DNA from: a virus
Lineage: Duplodnaviria > Caudoviricetes
Virus record (IMG/VR): IMGVR_UViG_3300027785_000056
Coordinates: 1-38,241 of that record
Length of the DNA: 38,241 nt
Reading direction: 5' to 3' (one strand)
Shown in pieces: positions 1 through 9,896 of this stretch. Position numbers and translations under genes: made by a program. The notes under the pieces are model-generated. The model did not search any database and was not told the origin of the DNA. It saw only the letters and a list, made by a program, of their open reading frames with translations. Every line of letters begins with the position of its first letter. The stretch's first letter is position 1.

Positions 1-1977
1 AGGACCTTCCACTCCAGTAGCACCAGTCAGTCCTGTTGGCCCAAGTGGTCCAGTAGCACCAATCGGACCAGTAGCGCCTGTAGCGCCGTCTAGTCCTTGG
101 AGACCGCTTGCCCCTGTTGCACCTGTTGGGCCTTCTAGCCCAGTTGGTCCTGTGACTCCCTGGATGCCCGTAGGGCCTGTGTCTCCAGTGGCACCAACTG
201 GGCCCGTAGCGCCAGTAGGACCAGTTGGTCCAAGTGGCTGGGGGCCTACTTCAACCCATACAAAATCGTAATAAATAAAAGTGATACCAGTATCGGACTC
301 AAACCACAGGTCACCTTCAGCGGGACTTAGCGGCGGTTCATCAGAAACAGTCACATAAGCAACTCCAGTGGCTCCAGCAGGTCCTGTGGCTCCAGTGGGG
401 CCAGTAGCACCAGTAGCGCCATCTAATCCGACATATCCGTCTGCACCGCTTGGGCCAGTAGCCCCAGTTGGTCCAGTTGCTCCGTCTGAACCGACATAAC
501 CATCTGCACCGCTTGCGCCAGTCGCTCCCGTTGGGCCTTCTGGGCCGACAGGACCTGTAGCACCCATTGAACCAGTCGGACCTTCAATGCCAGTAGCGCC
601 AGTTGCGCCATCAGCACCAGTAACCCCAGTTGCTCCAGCGGGTCCAGTTGGCCCCTCAATACCAGTGGCACCAGTGTCGCCTGTTAATCCAGTTGCTCCC
701 GTTAGTCCTGTAGGGCCCGTCGCTCCAGCATCTCCAGTTAAACCAGTCGCACCCGTAGGTCCAGTCAAGCCTGTCGGTCCAATATCTCCAGGAACTCCCT
801 GAATACCATCCACACCTGTCGGGCCAGTTGCACCTGTCGCACCGACTGAAACAATCATTGTCCAGTCGGTTGGTGGGGCTACTCCTGCGACTCCAAAATT
901 AGATGTACGAACCCATACTGAGCCTTCGTATGTTACGGAATCACGAAATACATAAGGATAAATAGCGCTATAAACACCTAAGTAGTTTGTTGCTAACGGT
1001 CCTGTTGCACCAGTTAGGCCAGTTGGTCCTGTTGGTCCAACTACATACCCGACTTCTGTCCATCCATAGCCAGCACCACTTGGACCGTAAGTGTAAAAAC
1101 TTCCTTCGCTTGTTACAAAACGAATTTCAGCCAATGAGCCATATATTGCAGTGAGGTCTTCATAGGTTGCAACTTCTGCCCCAATGCTTACAGAGATTCC
1201 ACTGGGACCAGTTGCACCCGATGGTCCTTCTGGACCTGTTGGACCTGTTGGACCTGTTGGACCTGGGTCTCCGTTTGCCCCACTTGCGCCACTTACTCCA
1301 CGGAGTCCTACAACGCTAAAAAACCAATCCGAATGCTCTGTGTTATTTCCAACAAAAGACGGATATACGGTTATCGAAACATCCGTTATTACCTCTATTG
1401 GTCCCTCAATGAAATCATTGACAGGGTTTGTTTCAGAAGCAACTCTTACATATTGACCAGTTTGGTATGCGCCAGTATCTGTTGTTCCAAAAACAAACGG
1501 TCCGCTCGGTCCAGGACTTATCGTGCTATCTGAATAAACGAGATAACTTGGGCCAGTAGCCCCAGTTGGTCCAGTTGCTCCATCTGAACCGACATATCCA
1601 TCTGCACCGCTTGGACCTGTTGCACCCGCAGGGCCTGTGGGTCCAGTCGCACCAGTTGGTCCAGCATCACCTGTATACGGAACAAACTTTGTTCCATCAA
1701 AACGAAGAATCTGGCCTGGCTCAGCAGTGGTCGTATCAATTTCAATACCATCAACAAAAATCGCTGATACTTTTACAATTCCGTCGCTCTTTAGAGTTCC
1801 AGCCTCATCGCGATAAAGATTGACATCACCTGGAGCGCCACCGCCACCCCATACAATTTTTCCACCAGCCTCAATATGTAGACGCGCGTCTGAATCACCG
1901 TCAACAACAACATCGATTGCCGTTGAAGCCGCTGAGCCTAGTTTATCTAGGCGTAAACGCTCTCTAAATTTTGGCAT
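1..1977 (-). CDS. Collagen-like (Gly-X-Y) tail fibre/virion protein, runs off the left edge
   Basis: ATG at 1975-1977 ([14 protein letters not shown]...). Long GPTGATGPT repeats alternate with globular blocks. Absent from the ORF track because it is open-ended; the + strand PVAPV ORFs are its antisense shadow. Confidence 0.88.
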   Translation of the reverse strand, partial: MPKFRERLRLDKLGSAASTAIDVVVDGDSDARLHIEAGGKIVWGGGGAPGDVNLYRDEAGTLKSDGIVKVSAIFVDGIEIDTTTAEPGQILRFDGTKFVPYTGDAGPTGATGPTGPAGATGPSGADGYVGSDGATGPTGATGPSYLVYSDSTISPGPSGPFVFGTTDTGAYQTGQYVRVASETNPVNDFIEGPIEVITDVSITVYPSFVGNNTEHSDWFFSVVGLRGVSGASGANGDPGPTGPTGPTGPEGPSGATGPSGISVSIGAEVATYEDLTAIYGSLAEIRFVTSEGSFYTYGPSGAGYGWTEVGYVVGPTGPTGLTGATGPLATNYLGVYSAIYPYVFRDSVTYEGSVWVRTSNFGVAGVAPPTDWTMIVSVGATGATGPTGVDGIQGVPGDIGPTGLTGPTGATGLTGDAGATGPTGLTGATGLTGDTGATGIEGPTGPAGATGVTGADGATGATGIEGPTGSMGATGPVGPEGPTGATGASGADGYVGSDGATGPTGATGPSGADGYVGLDGATGATGPTGATGPAGATGVAYVTVSDEPPLSPAEGDLWFESDTGITFIYYDFVWVEVGPQPLGPTGPTGATGPVGATGDTGPTGIQGVTGPTGLEGPTGATGASGLQGLDGATGATGPIGATGPLGPTGLTGATGVEGP

Positions 1978-2017
1978 GGCCGCGACCAGTCCTTATCTGC
2001 GCCCTCAAGCGCTTCTA

Positions 2018-3688
2018 CTATTCTGCTGCGATTACAACAATGCGATATTGCTGATTTGTTGGTGCTGTGGAGAATACCAGGTTTACAACATCTGTGCTAT
2101 AGCGAACCACATCACAGTAAACAGTGCTTCCGCTTGATACTTCATAAATCTCAACTGTTACATCGGTTGTTCCGAGGCTGTGAGTTACTACTGCAGTAGT
2201 TGAACCAGCAGGAACATAAGCCTTGTACTTGGTTGGTACAGCGAGTGCGCTACGAGCATCTGCTGCCGTAGTTGAGTTAGTACCACCATTGGCGATTGGA
2301 AGAACACCAGTAACTGCAGAAGTTGAAGCAAGGTTGATTGCTCCGAAACTTGGAGTTCCATCAGAACCAGCCTGAAGTACTTGATACTGGGTTCCAGCAG
2401 CAGTTACTTGAAGTGGGTCTGTGGTATTTCCATAAATAATACCGTTAGTTGTAAAGGTTGCAGCACCTGTACCGCCATAACCCACAACAACCGTATCTGC
2501 TGTCCATTCACCAGTTGTGATTGTTCCAAGGGTTGTAATGGTTGACTGACCAACATATGTAGAAGCAATATCTACTGCGTTGGCTGTTACATCAATACGG
2601 TCAGTGGTGCCACGAACATGAAGGGTATTTCCTTCTTTTTCAAGGCCATCTCCAGCCTCAATTGAACCAGCGCCAGAGAACTGAACCCATGCAATTGGGT
2701 CTGTCCCAACAGCGATTGCTCCGTTGCTTGATACAACCCATCCGCTATCAGCGTTTACATGACCTTCTTCGACGAAAGTAAATGTTCCACCAGATACTTC
2801 ACCAGTATCTACAGTTCCATCAGCATCAGTAGCACGAAGTGCAGCGCCTGAAGCCTGAACAACATAAATGCCGTTTTGAGAAGCAGTCGCTTGGTCCTTT
2901 ACGAGAACACGGTCACCAGCAACAAGTGTTACATCGGTATCAAGAACATCGCCAGGCTCAAGTCCAGAAGCGATAAGAACTGGTGCGGTTGTTGCAACTC
3001 GAACTGACTGCTTAACATCAAGACCCTGACGAGCAGCGTCTACATAGCCCTTATTGGCTGCATCGGTTGCATCTGTTGGGGTAGCGAGGTTAGTAATCTT
3101 TTGACTATTGAAGGATACAGAAGATGTCGGAACAGACATTTGGTCAAGACGATTTGCCTGAACACGAGTATCAAGGTAGTAAAGGTTTACATCACCTTCT
3201 TCAATTTCGTCAGTTGTGTGACCAGAGAGAGATGTAACGGTTCCAGCAGAACCGCTTACATTTCCAGTTACATCACCAGTGAGATTGGCAGAGATTGTAC
3301 CAGCAGCAAAATTACCATCACCATCACGCTTAACAATCGTGCTTGCGGTATTAAGATTAGTGGCATTATTGACCAATGTATAATGAGTCGAAGACATGGA
3401 ACCAGCATTGGAACCATCTGCTGCAGAAATGCTAATTGCTGGAGTTGAAGTTCCATCACTTACTTGAATTGGTGATGTTCCAGTAACGCTTGTTACTGTT
3501 CCAGGCTTTCCTAGGTCTTTCCATGCAGGAGCCGCACCGCCAACTGTGCAGACAAAGACTGTCTGGCTTACTGAGTTGTAGTAGAACTGTCCTTCTTTTG
3601 GAAGGGATGGAGGACCACTCAACACTTGAATTACGGCAGAGCGCAATTCATTTTGGTTAAGGTCTACATTGTTTACGAATTTTGGCAT
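2018..3688 (-). CDS. Tail fibre / virion structural protein
   Basis: 556 aa, Thr/Gly/Ser-rich. Motifs KITNLATPTDATDAANKGYVD, VKQSVRVATT and GDRVLVKDQ...QNGIYVV are typical of phage fibre proteins. Confidence 0.8.
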   Translation of the reverse strand: MPKFVNNVDLNQNELRSAVIQVLSGPPSLPKEGQFYYNSVSQTVFVCTVGGAAPAWKDLGKPGTVTSVTGTSPIQVSDGTSTPAISISAADGSNAGSMSSTHYTLVNNATNLNTASTIVKRDGDGNFAAGTISANLTGDVTGNVSGSAGTVTSLSGHTTDEIEEGDVNLYYLDTRVQANRLDQMSVPTSSVSFNSQKITNLATPTDATDAANKGYVDAARQGLDVKQSVRVATTAPVLIASGLEPGDVLDTDVTLVAGDRVLVKDQATASQNGIYVVQASGAALRATDADGTVDTGEVSGGTFTFVEEGHVNADSGWVVSSNGAIAVGTDPIAWVQFSGAGSIEAGDGLEKEGNTLHVRGTTDRIDVTANAVDIASTYVGQSTITTLGTITTGEWTADTVVVGYGGTGAATFTTNGIIYGNTTDPLQVTAAGTQYQVLQAGSDGTPSFGAINLASTSAVTGVLPIANGGTNSTTAADARSALAVPTKYKAYVPAGSTTAVVTHSLGTTDVTVEIYEVSSGSTVYCDVVRYSTDVVNLVFSTAPTNQQYRIVVIAAE

Positions 3689-3711
3689 TGTTCCTCCAGA
3701 ACTATTCTATA

Positions 3712-4380
3712 TTAAGAAAGATACGCTTTTCCAGCGAACGAGTGTGCGAAGGTCACGATTAAGTTGTTTGAATCAATATATTCAACATCTCCGATTACTG
3801 AATTATCTCCAGAGTCGACAACCGTCACATTTGGATAAAACCTTAAATTATGAGTAATATACCATATTGTTGTAGCAGAATACTGCTCAAAAACAAACTT
3901 TGACTTTTCTCTTACTTCTACAATTGCATCCTGAACATTTGTTGAAAATATTTCGGTTGTTGGGGTAAATTCAATAGACTCAGCACCGAATAGTTCTAAT
4001 GAATCTACATATTCTTTTGTGGCATAGTTTTGAGTAATAACTGTTTGAATATTTGGAACAAGGTCTGCTAGGTCAACTGCACCATCTACGGCACCCTTGT
4101 TGATTGCAATGAAGTACTTATTTTCATTGGAATCGTTAATTCTCTCAGTGACTTCATAGGTAACACCACGAGGGGTTGTGAAATCACCATTTGTGGCAGC
4201 GAGATTTACACTTATATATCCAGTTTCATCCAATACGGCAACTAGTTCGATTGGTGAAATGCTTTCGTTAGTAACCGTGTCGCGCATTGTCTCTGTTGCA
4301 ATGAAGGTTACTGAGCCAGTTGCTGGTGAAGAATCAGGCTTTAAGTATGTTGCTGTGACTTCTATGATAGTGAATGCCAT
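3712..4380 (-). CDS. Virion structural protein (fibre/collar associated)
   Basis: 222 aa; C-terminal WYITHNL..YPNVTVVDS motif common in fibre-associated proteins; gene context. Confidence 0.6.
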   Translation of the reverse strand: MAFTIIEVTATYLKPDSSPATGSVTFIATETMRDTVTNESISPIELVAVLDETGYISVNLAATNGDFTTPRGVTYEVTERINDSNENKYFIAINKGAVDGAVDLADLVPNIQTVITQNYATKEYVDSLELFGAESIEFTPTTEIFSTNVQDAIVEVREKSKFVFEQYSATTIWYITHNLRFYPNVTVVDSGDNSVIGDVEYIDSNNLIVTFAHSFAGKAYLS

Positions 4381-4381
4381 A

Positions 4382-4771
4382 TTAAACCTTACGATAAATA
4401 TTCAGGGTAAGTGCATGATGGATTATTCCATCATCAAATTGAACGATTCTTTGAGTATCTATTAGTCTACATCTAAATACTTTATTATCTGAACCAGTTA
4501 AAGAAGCAGTATCGAGTCCAGTTATTAAAGAACTAATAATCGAATCGTTTTCTTCTGTTCTTTTTTCCCACAAATCAACTTGAACCATATAATTTCTTGC
4601 AAGAATTTTTTTATCTCCAGTTAGCGCAACTCTGTCATTTAGTCTGTCGGCATATGTGACATAAGGATAAGCGGTTGTTGGTGGAGCGAAATCTTTAAAT
4701 ACTTTAGATTCTATCTCTGCTATGGCAAGTGAAAGTATCTTGGTTCTTAGTGCTGATGCTATTGAAGACAT
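4382..4771 (-). CDS. Tail terminator / tail completion protein (DUF3168-like)
   Basis: 129 aa; PYVTY...VQVDLW pattern; follows the neck genes. Confidence 0.7.
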   Translation of the reverse strand: MSSIASALRTKILSLAIAEIESKVFKDFAPPTTAYPYVTYADRLNDRVALTGDKKILARNYMVQVDLWEKRTEENDSIISSLITGLDTASLTGSDNKVFRCRLIDTQRIVQFDDGIIHHALTLNIYRKV

Positions 4772-5214
4772 TACTTATTACCCAAATTCTTAAATCCATT
4801 AGCGCTTCTTTGTATTGAATCTCGCCACCTATTGGCAACAGTATTTGTAATAAATTTATGGAAGTCGGCATCGGCGGCTAGTTTTCGCATAAAAGGATGA
4901 GGAGCGGCTTTGTTCTTTCCGCCATGACCAAACTCTACTGATGCCGCATATGGCGCTGTGGGTCCATATGCGGCTACTGCTGGGTTTCCAGGCCTTGCAG
5001 GAACAGTTATGACAGAATCCCTCAAAAAGCCTGTTTTTAATGCTGGCGGCTTTCCTGGAGCAGACTTAGATGTACTGCTTACAATCTGCCTGACTCTCTT
5101 ATTTCCTTCATTTGCGCAATCGGTTGCAGATTCAGCATTTTTTTTAATAGCCGCATCTATTGCTCGTTGAATTTCTTTTTCTCTCATCTTCATTTGGTGC
5201 TGTAAAGTAGCCAT
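4771..5214 (-). CDS. HK97 gp10-like neck/tail component
   Basis: SAPGKPPALKTGFLRDS...YAASVEFG...PHPFMR motif. Confidence 0.75.
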   Translation of the reverse strand: MATLQHQMKMREKEIQRAIDAAIKKNAESATDCANEGNKRVRQIVSSTSKSAPGKPPALKTGFLRDSVITVPARPGNPAVAAYGPTAPYAASVEFGHGGKNKAAPHPFMRKLAADADFHKFITNTVANRWRDSIQRSANGFKNLGNK

Positions 5215-5550
5215 TTAGACCCTGATTATTCTTACTTGAGCACGGAGATGGCTAGGAGTATAAATCACGGCATCGACTTCATAGATTCCATCTTCAGTCT
5301 GATTTTTACCGCTTATGACAATTTGGTCACCTTGGGAGATATTGGTGTTTTTAGGAAGTCTTGCGAAAGCCACAATGCGCTCTCCATATTGACCTCCAAT
5401 TTCTGGATTTCTGTCATACATAAGAGTGTGATGGAATGAACCACGGACAGTCGTGTCTACTTCATCAGCAATCCACAGTCCATCTTCCCGAACAATAACT
5501 TCAGGTGCTGTAACTTTTCTGACAATAATTTTGTCTCGAAAGCCCCTCAT
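5215..5550 (-). CDS. Head closure / head-tail adaptor protein
   Basis: 111 aa; ISQGDQIVI..G.YEV pattern; synteny. Confidence 0.6.
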   Translation of the reverse strand: MRGFRDKIIVRKVTAPEVIVREDGLWIADEVDTTVRGSFHHTLMYDRNPEIGGQYGERIVAFARLPKNTNISQGDQIVISGKNQTEDGIYEVDAVIYTPSHLRAQVRIIRV

Positions 5551-5552
5551 AA

Positions 5553-6113
5553 TTAAATGATTACTCTTCGTTTAAATTTGTTTGCCATTTTCAGTTCTGC
5601 TTCTGTAAAACCTGAAGCACCCTGTTCGGACATGTAGTACTGGCTGTTCTCAACATTCATACGCATTAGGCCTTGAGCATCGAGAAGGACTTTATTCATT
5701 TCTCGTCCTGCTGCTGCAAGCATAATGAAGGACAGACTTTCCATATCTTGTGAAACTGGTCCAGCGGTATAACTTACTATCGCACGATAACCATCTCCAG
5801 AAATTAAAATGTTATCGATTCCCCAAGGATAGATATCAAAATCTACAAGATTCTGTTCTACTTCAGTTCCAGCAAGACCAATATAAAAACTAGTAACTTC
5901 AATTACTGGTGCCTTATAGAGAAATATTTGTTTTTGGCTTACTTTTAAGCGATGAACTTCGTCAATAACTTGAACGGGAGAAATTGGAATATTTAGATAC
6001 ATTGACAAATAGCGCTCTAGGCTAGAGATGATTGTCGTTGCGGCAGCCCTTTGTCCAGTATCAAATTCGTGATTCATATACCTTTGAAGGTCTGTATAAG
6101 TGATGACTGCCAT
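5553..6113 (-). CDS. Head-tail connector (gp6/gp15-like)
   Basis: ITYTDLQRYM N-terminus and VSYTAG motif; follows the capsid gene; TAAAAT -10 (6120-6125) 6 nt before the ATG. Confidence 0.7.
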   Translation of the reverse strand: MAVITYTDLQRYMNHEFDTGQRAAATTIISSLERYLSMYLNIPISPVQVIDEVHRLKVSQKQIFLYKAPVIEVTSFYIGLAGTEVEQNLVDFDIYPWGIDNILISGDGYRAIVSYTAGPVSQDMESLSFIMLAAAGREMNKVLLDAQGLMRMNVENSQYYMSEQGASGFTEAELKMANKFKRRVII

Positions 6114-6154
6114 AGCGCTATTTTACATCCGATTGTCTGAGGGTGGTGAGGGGT

Positions 6155-6541
6155 CTAATCTGCTTCCTCTAACCAGAATATTTTTTTATATGGGAAAGCA
6201 GTCAGTGAATTAGATTCATCAGATTTTATAATAAATCCAAGTTCTTCATCATTTATACTGACATCAGTATACAAAACTTTACCAGATAGTGAATATATTA
6301 CAATATTGTCATCTAGCGGTTCCCACTTGTAGTTGACGCTTATTGTTCGATTGGTTTTTAATGCGTTTACCACAAGAACTTTTGTGGTAATTGTATTAAA
6401 AACTTCGTCATTTGGATACTCTGGATACAGTTCATCATTATGAATAGACTGCATATATAATGCTGCTTTTATGTAATTAAAAGGTTGTCCAGAATCCCAT
6501 GCTTTTGCATAGTCGTGACTAGCAAAATTATCAGAATCCAT
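6155..6541 (-). CDS. Hypothetical protein
   Basis: 128 aa ORF in operon orientation. Confidence 0.65.
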   Translation of the reverse strand: MDSDNFASHDYAKAWDSGQPFNYIKAALYMQSIHNDELYPEYPNDEVFNTITTKVLVVNALKTNRTISVNYKWEPLDDNIVIYSLSGKVLYTDVSINDEELGFIIKSDESNSLTAFPYKKIFWLEEAD

Positions 6542-6543
6542 TA

Positions 6544-6708
6544 TTACTTTGTTTCTGTTACACCAAATGAAGAACTGCCGATAGGCATTACCTTGTACTT
6601 CATCGCTTGCTCAAGAGTCATGCGCTCACCCTTACGGGCTACAAGTGTTTGCTTACCATCTATGTCTTCCCAAATATCTTTTGGGGCAACGACTGAAATA
6701 TCTGCCAT
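6544..6708 (-). CDS. Small protein (54 aa) after the capsid gene, not in ORF track
   Basis: MADISVVAPKDIWEDIDGKQTLVARKGERMTLEQAMKYKVMPIGSSSFGVTETK; TACAAT (6715-6720) 6 nt before the ATG suggests a leaderless start. Confidence 0.7.
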   Translation of the reverse strand: MADISVVAPKDIWEDIDGKQTLVARKGERMTLEQAMKYKVMPIGSSSFGVTETK

Positions 6709-6724
6709 GTTGAAATTGTACCAT

Positions 6725-6757
6725 AAAAAGCAAAAGAGCGGGTATTTCTACCCGCTC
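6725..6757 (-). terminator. Intrinsic terminator after the major capsid gene
   Basis: 9-bp stem GAGCGGGTA/TACCCGCTC followed by a U-rich run on the - strand. Confidence 0.8.
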
Positions 6758-6782
6758 CAATGCAATTATTTGCTGACTGTTA

Positions 6783-8075
6783 TCAGACAGGTGCGCCGTC
6801 GAAGTTGACTTCAACGAACGACTCTGGACGCTTAACAGCAAGTGCGAGACGCTCTTCAGCGAGTACTGCAATTGCGTTGCGAACAAAGAAGTCGCTGTGC
6901 TGCTCGGAAACACGAATGGTTCCTTGCATGCGGTCAAACAAAGTTGCTCCGATACCGAACGAACCGACAAGAGCGTAGCCCTCTTCGATTGCTGGTGTCT
7001 CAACAACTGGCAAACGCCACATACGGGCTTCTGCACCGATTGCAACAGACATAACCATGAGGTAGTTCTGAATGCCGTCTTTGCTGAGTTCGATTGCCTC
7101 GTAGTCATTCGGGTGAATGATTACGCCTGTTGGCTCGTAGTAAGCAAGCAGTGACTTGGTGATGGCGCGACGAACTGCGTCAATACGGGTATCGTACTGT
7201 GCTCCAGCGCTCCAGTCGTAGGTCTGAACACCAGAGGTGTTACGGATGCCTGTCAAGTTGGTGCCAGTACCGTCACCGTTAAGGATTTGGTCATCTTCCG
7301 TGAGGCGCAAACCGTAAAGAAGTTCGTTGTCGATGATGCCGCGAAGGGTTGGTTCATCGTCAAGAACATTGCGGTGAGCAACTTCATAATGAGCAATCGT
7401 GCGCACTGGAGCCTGAACACCAGTAACTGAAAGCGAGGACTGTGGCTTGGCTGCGAATGCAGAACCGTCACGCTCGGCAACAGTTGCTGAGTTGTTGGTG
7501 AAACCAGTTACACGGAAATACTCAATCATGTTGGTATTTGTCTGCTGAATGTCGAACAAGTCACGAACACGGCTGGTGCGCTTTGCGCGCTCAACAATGC
7601 CCAAACGCTGTGGGGTACCGAAGTCGGTTGGTGTTCCACTTGGCAAGCCAGTGTAAACATCCTTGACTCCGTAACGCGAACCCAGGTCTCCCGTTACCGA
7701 GAAAGGTGTGTTCATCGTGTAGCCAGCCTTGCCGCCCATGAGCGCCTTGAACTCGCCAGAATCAATGAATTCCTGACCGAGGGACTTGAAGCCTGAAGTC
7801 TGAGGAGTAAAGAGGCTTGGTGCCGACTGAGGTGTTTCCACACCCTGTGCCCATGCTTTTACTTCGTCAAAACCTTCAAGGGCTTCAATTTCTGAACGGA
7901 TTTCGCGAGCCTTTGCGAGGTTAGAGCGGAATGCTTCAACATGCTTGACTTGTGCTTGAATCTCAGGGCCACCCTCTTCGCGGTTTGCATCAACATGATT
8001 AACGATTGTGTCGTTTTCGTTGAGGACCGTTTTGAGGGCTGACTTGAGTTCCTGAATGCGGCTGTTATAAGCCAT
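6783..8075 (-). CDS. Major capsid protein, HK97 fold
   Basis: 430 aa; N-terminal coiled-coil delta domain; EDDQILNGDGTG and FVRNAIAVLAEERLALAVKRPESF motifs; strong SD AAGGAG. Confidence 0.95.
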   Translation of the reverse strand: MAYNSRIQELKSALKTVLNENDTIVNHVDANREEGGPEIQAQVKHVEAFRSNLAKAREIRSEIEALEGFDEVKAWAQGVETPQSAPSLFTPQTSGFKSLGQEFIDSGEFKALMGGKAGYTMNTPFSVTGDLGSRYGVKDVYTGLPSGTPTDFGTPQRLGIVERAKRTSRVRDLFDIQQTNTNMIEYFRVTGFTNNSATVAERDGSAFAAKPQSSLSVTGVQAPVRTIAHYEVAHRNVLDDEPTLRGIIDNELLYGLRLTEDDQILNGDGTGTNLTGIRNTSGVQTYDWSAGAQYDTRIDAVRRAITKSLLAYYEPTGVIIHPNDYEAIELSKDGIQNYLMVMSVAIGAEARMWRLPVVETPAIEEGYALVGSFGIGATLFDRMQGTIRVSEQHSDFFVRNAIAVLAEERLALAVKRPESFVEVNFDGAPV

Positions 8076-8135
8076 AATTTACTTCTCCTTAGAAGTTGTG
8101 GGAACGGTTGACAAGGTAAGCACCTCGTTGATGCA

Positions 8136-8165
8136 ATTATGCACCCGTTGGGCTTACTTTGTCAA
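8136..8165 (-). promoter_or_regulatory. Capsid gene promoter
   Basis: TTGACA (8160-8165), 18 nt, CATAAT (8136-8141); the leader contains hairpin AGGT-GCTT-ACCT. Confidence 0.6.
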
Positions 8166-8185
8166 GTAGGGTATTATTGTAATTC

Positions 8186-8473
8186 TTAATTAATATCATC
8201 GTTGTCGTCATCAGTATTGAATTCAAAGTCTAAATCACTATAAATCGAATCTGCCTCAATAAGAGTAACGCCATTTAATGTGACCTTTGGCCCAATTTTT
8301 AAATCCTCCATAGAATCCAAAATTTGCTCAAAGATTGCACTTGCTATAAACGGTGGCACTGAGCCCAAATCAACATGAATTGGTTCATTGGGGTCATCGT
8401 AAGATAGTGAAATTGTGATAACTGGAAATTTCATATTCATATCGTTGGCGAAGATATCTTTATTATCAGGCAC
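8186..8473 (-). CDS. Hypothetical acidic protein
   Basis: 95 aa; overlaps the end of the upstream gene. Confidence 0.7.
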   Translation of the reverse strand: MPDNKDIFANDMNMKFPVITISLSYDDPNEPIHVDLGSVPPFIASAIFEQILDSMEDLKIGPKVTLNGVTLIEADSIYSDLDFEFNTDDDNDDIN

Positions 8474-9626
8474 TTTCCTTGCTCCAGAATTTTCCTCTGT
8501 AAAACATTTTTCCAGAACGAATAGGAATCATCTCAAGGTGAAACTCTTTGTCTCCATCTTGATATGTGACAACGCATAGGCCTTGCTGCCAGTTCTCGGT
8601 AACAGTCATTGGGCGACCATTAAGGTCGATTCCACCTCTTGTTGATGGTACAGCACCATCACAACGCGCCAGACAGCCAGCAGAAGCCGCCAAAATGGTT
8701 TTAGGGCCATCGTAGTCATCGCGAGTAAGTTCTGCCCATTCACGCCTATGGATATGACCATACAGAACACTGGTCTTTTCTGTTGCCAGATAAGCATGAG
8801 CAGTGGAGCCACCAGACTTAACTTTTGTTCCGTGAATAACTTTAAGTTTTTCATTGACCCAATAGACTCCAGCAGGGTATCCAGGCACATAGGCAATACC
8901 GTATTCTTCGAATCGACAAAGATATGGGACGCTAAGCACTGGCCAAGACTCAGGAGAATTTCCTTTTTTAAGGCCAAATGCAGCGGCGGCATTATCAATT
9001 AAATAATTAACAAGACGCTCTTCGTGGTTACCAGCAAGCCAAACAATTTCAGAGTTTGGACTTGCGGCACGGAGACGAGCGACCATTGTGGTTGCGTAGT
9101 CAATAGATGCCTGAGTTGTTCTCTGGAATGCAGGAGAAAGACGATACTTGCCCATCTCTGGAAGGTCCAGGTTGTCTCCATGCATGATTACCCTTTTGGG
9201 CTTTACAGAAGCGACAAGACTAATTGCTAGGTCGATAGCATCTGGGTCATGACTTGGCTCAAGTTCGTTTTTCTCGTTATGAAAGAAACCAATCTGCATG
9301 TCTGGAAGAATTACAGCAGTATCCCACTCTGTTGATTTTTCAACAACGGTTGCAATTTTAGGCAACTTCACAGATGGTCCCTGTTGGATTACTGGCCATT
9401 CTGGTCCAGTATCCCAAGATGGAGAAATGATTACAGATACTCCACCAAGGTCATGAATTTCTGCAAGACCTTCTTCGTTTTTTGTAATTCCTTGCCATTC
9501 AGAAATGCGAATTTTTTCAATCCTGCCTACTTCTGCAACATCGATACCAGACTTTTCTAAAAGTGCTGAAATCTTTCCAAGTCGTGTCTTAGATATTTCT
9601 TCATTAAGTGCGTCGCTAATAGACAT
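8466..9626 (-). CDS. Calcineurin-like metallophosphoesterase
   Basis: Motifs PDMQ, GDNLD, GNHE, HG and GHIHR; likely start is MSISDAL at 9626. Confidence 0.9.
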   Translation of the reverse strand: MSISDALNEEISKTRLGKISALLEKSGIDVAEVGRIEKIRISEWQGITKNEEGLAEIHDLGGVSVIISPSWDTGPEWPVIQQGPSVKLPKIATVVEKSTEWDTAVILPDMQIGFFHNEKNELEPSHDPDAIDLAISLVASVKPKRVIMHGDNLDLPEMGKYRLSPAFQRTTQASIDYATTMVARLRAASPNSEIVWLAGNHEERLVNYLIDNAAAAFGLKKGNSPESWPVLSVPYLCRFEEYGIAYVPGYPAGVYWVNEKLKVIHGTKVKSGGSTAHAYLATEKTSVLYGHIHRREWAELTRDDYDGPKTILAASAGCLARCDGAVPSTRGGIDLNGRPMTVTENWQQGLCVVTYQDGDKEFHLEMIPIRSGKMFYRGKFWSKESA

Positions 9627-9862
9627 TATGCTTCCTTTTTGATATTTACACTGCGCCAAAGAGAAATAGCCTGTTTCCCAACAGGCTGTCCTCGCGTAGT
9701 TAATACTTCAGCAATTTTGCTTGCTGAAATTTTTGATTCGTGTAAAGCAGTAAGAAGAGATTCTCTATCTTGCTTATTCATTCCACTTAGGATTGAATCA
9801 ACTTTTCCGCCTCTTGGTGTCCCAGCAGTTTTATGCTTCAGACATTCTTCAAATATTCCCAT
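9626..9862 (-). CDS. Small helical protein, possibly DNA-binding
   Basis: 78 aa; SASKIAEVLT...ISLWR HTH-like segment; coupled to the phosphoesterase. Confidence 0.6.
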   Translation of the reverse strand: MGIFEECLKHKTAGTPRGGKVDSILSGMNKQDRESLLTALHESKISASKIAEVLTTRGQPVGKQAISLWRSVNIKKEA

Positions 9863-9896
9863 GATTCCTCCGTCGGCGTGTGTGCCGATACGGAGA

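Noticed and set aside
423-2137. Pro/Val-rich + strand ORFs and Leu/Gln-rich - strand ORFs
   Set aside because: Antisense and alternate-frame shadows of the collagen-like Gly-X-Y gene
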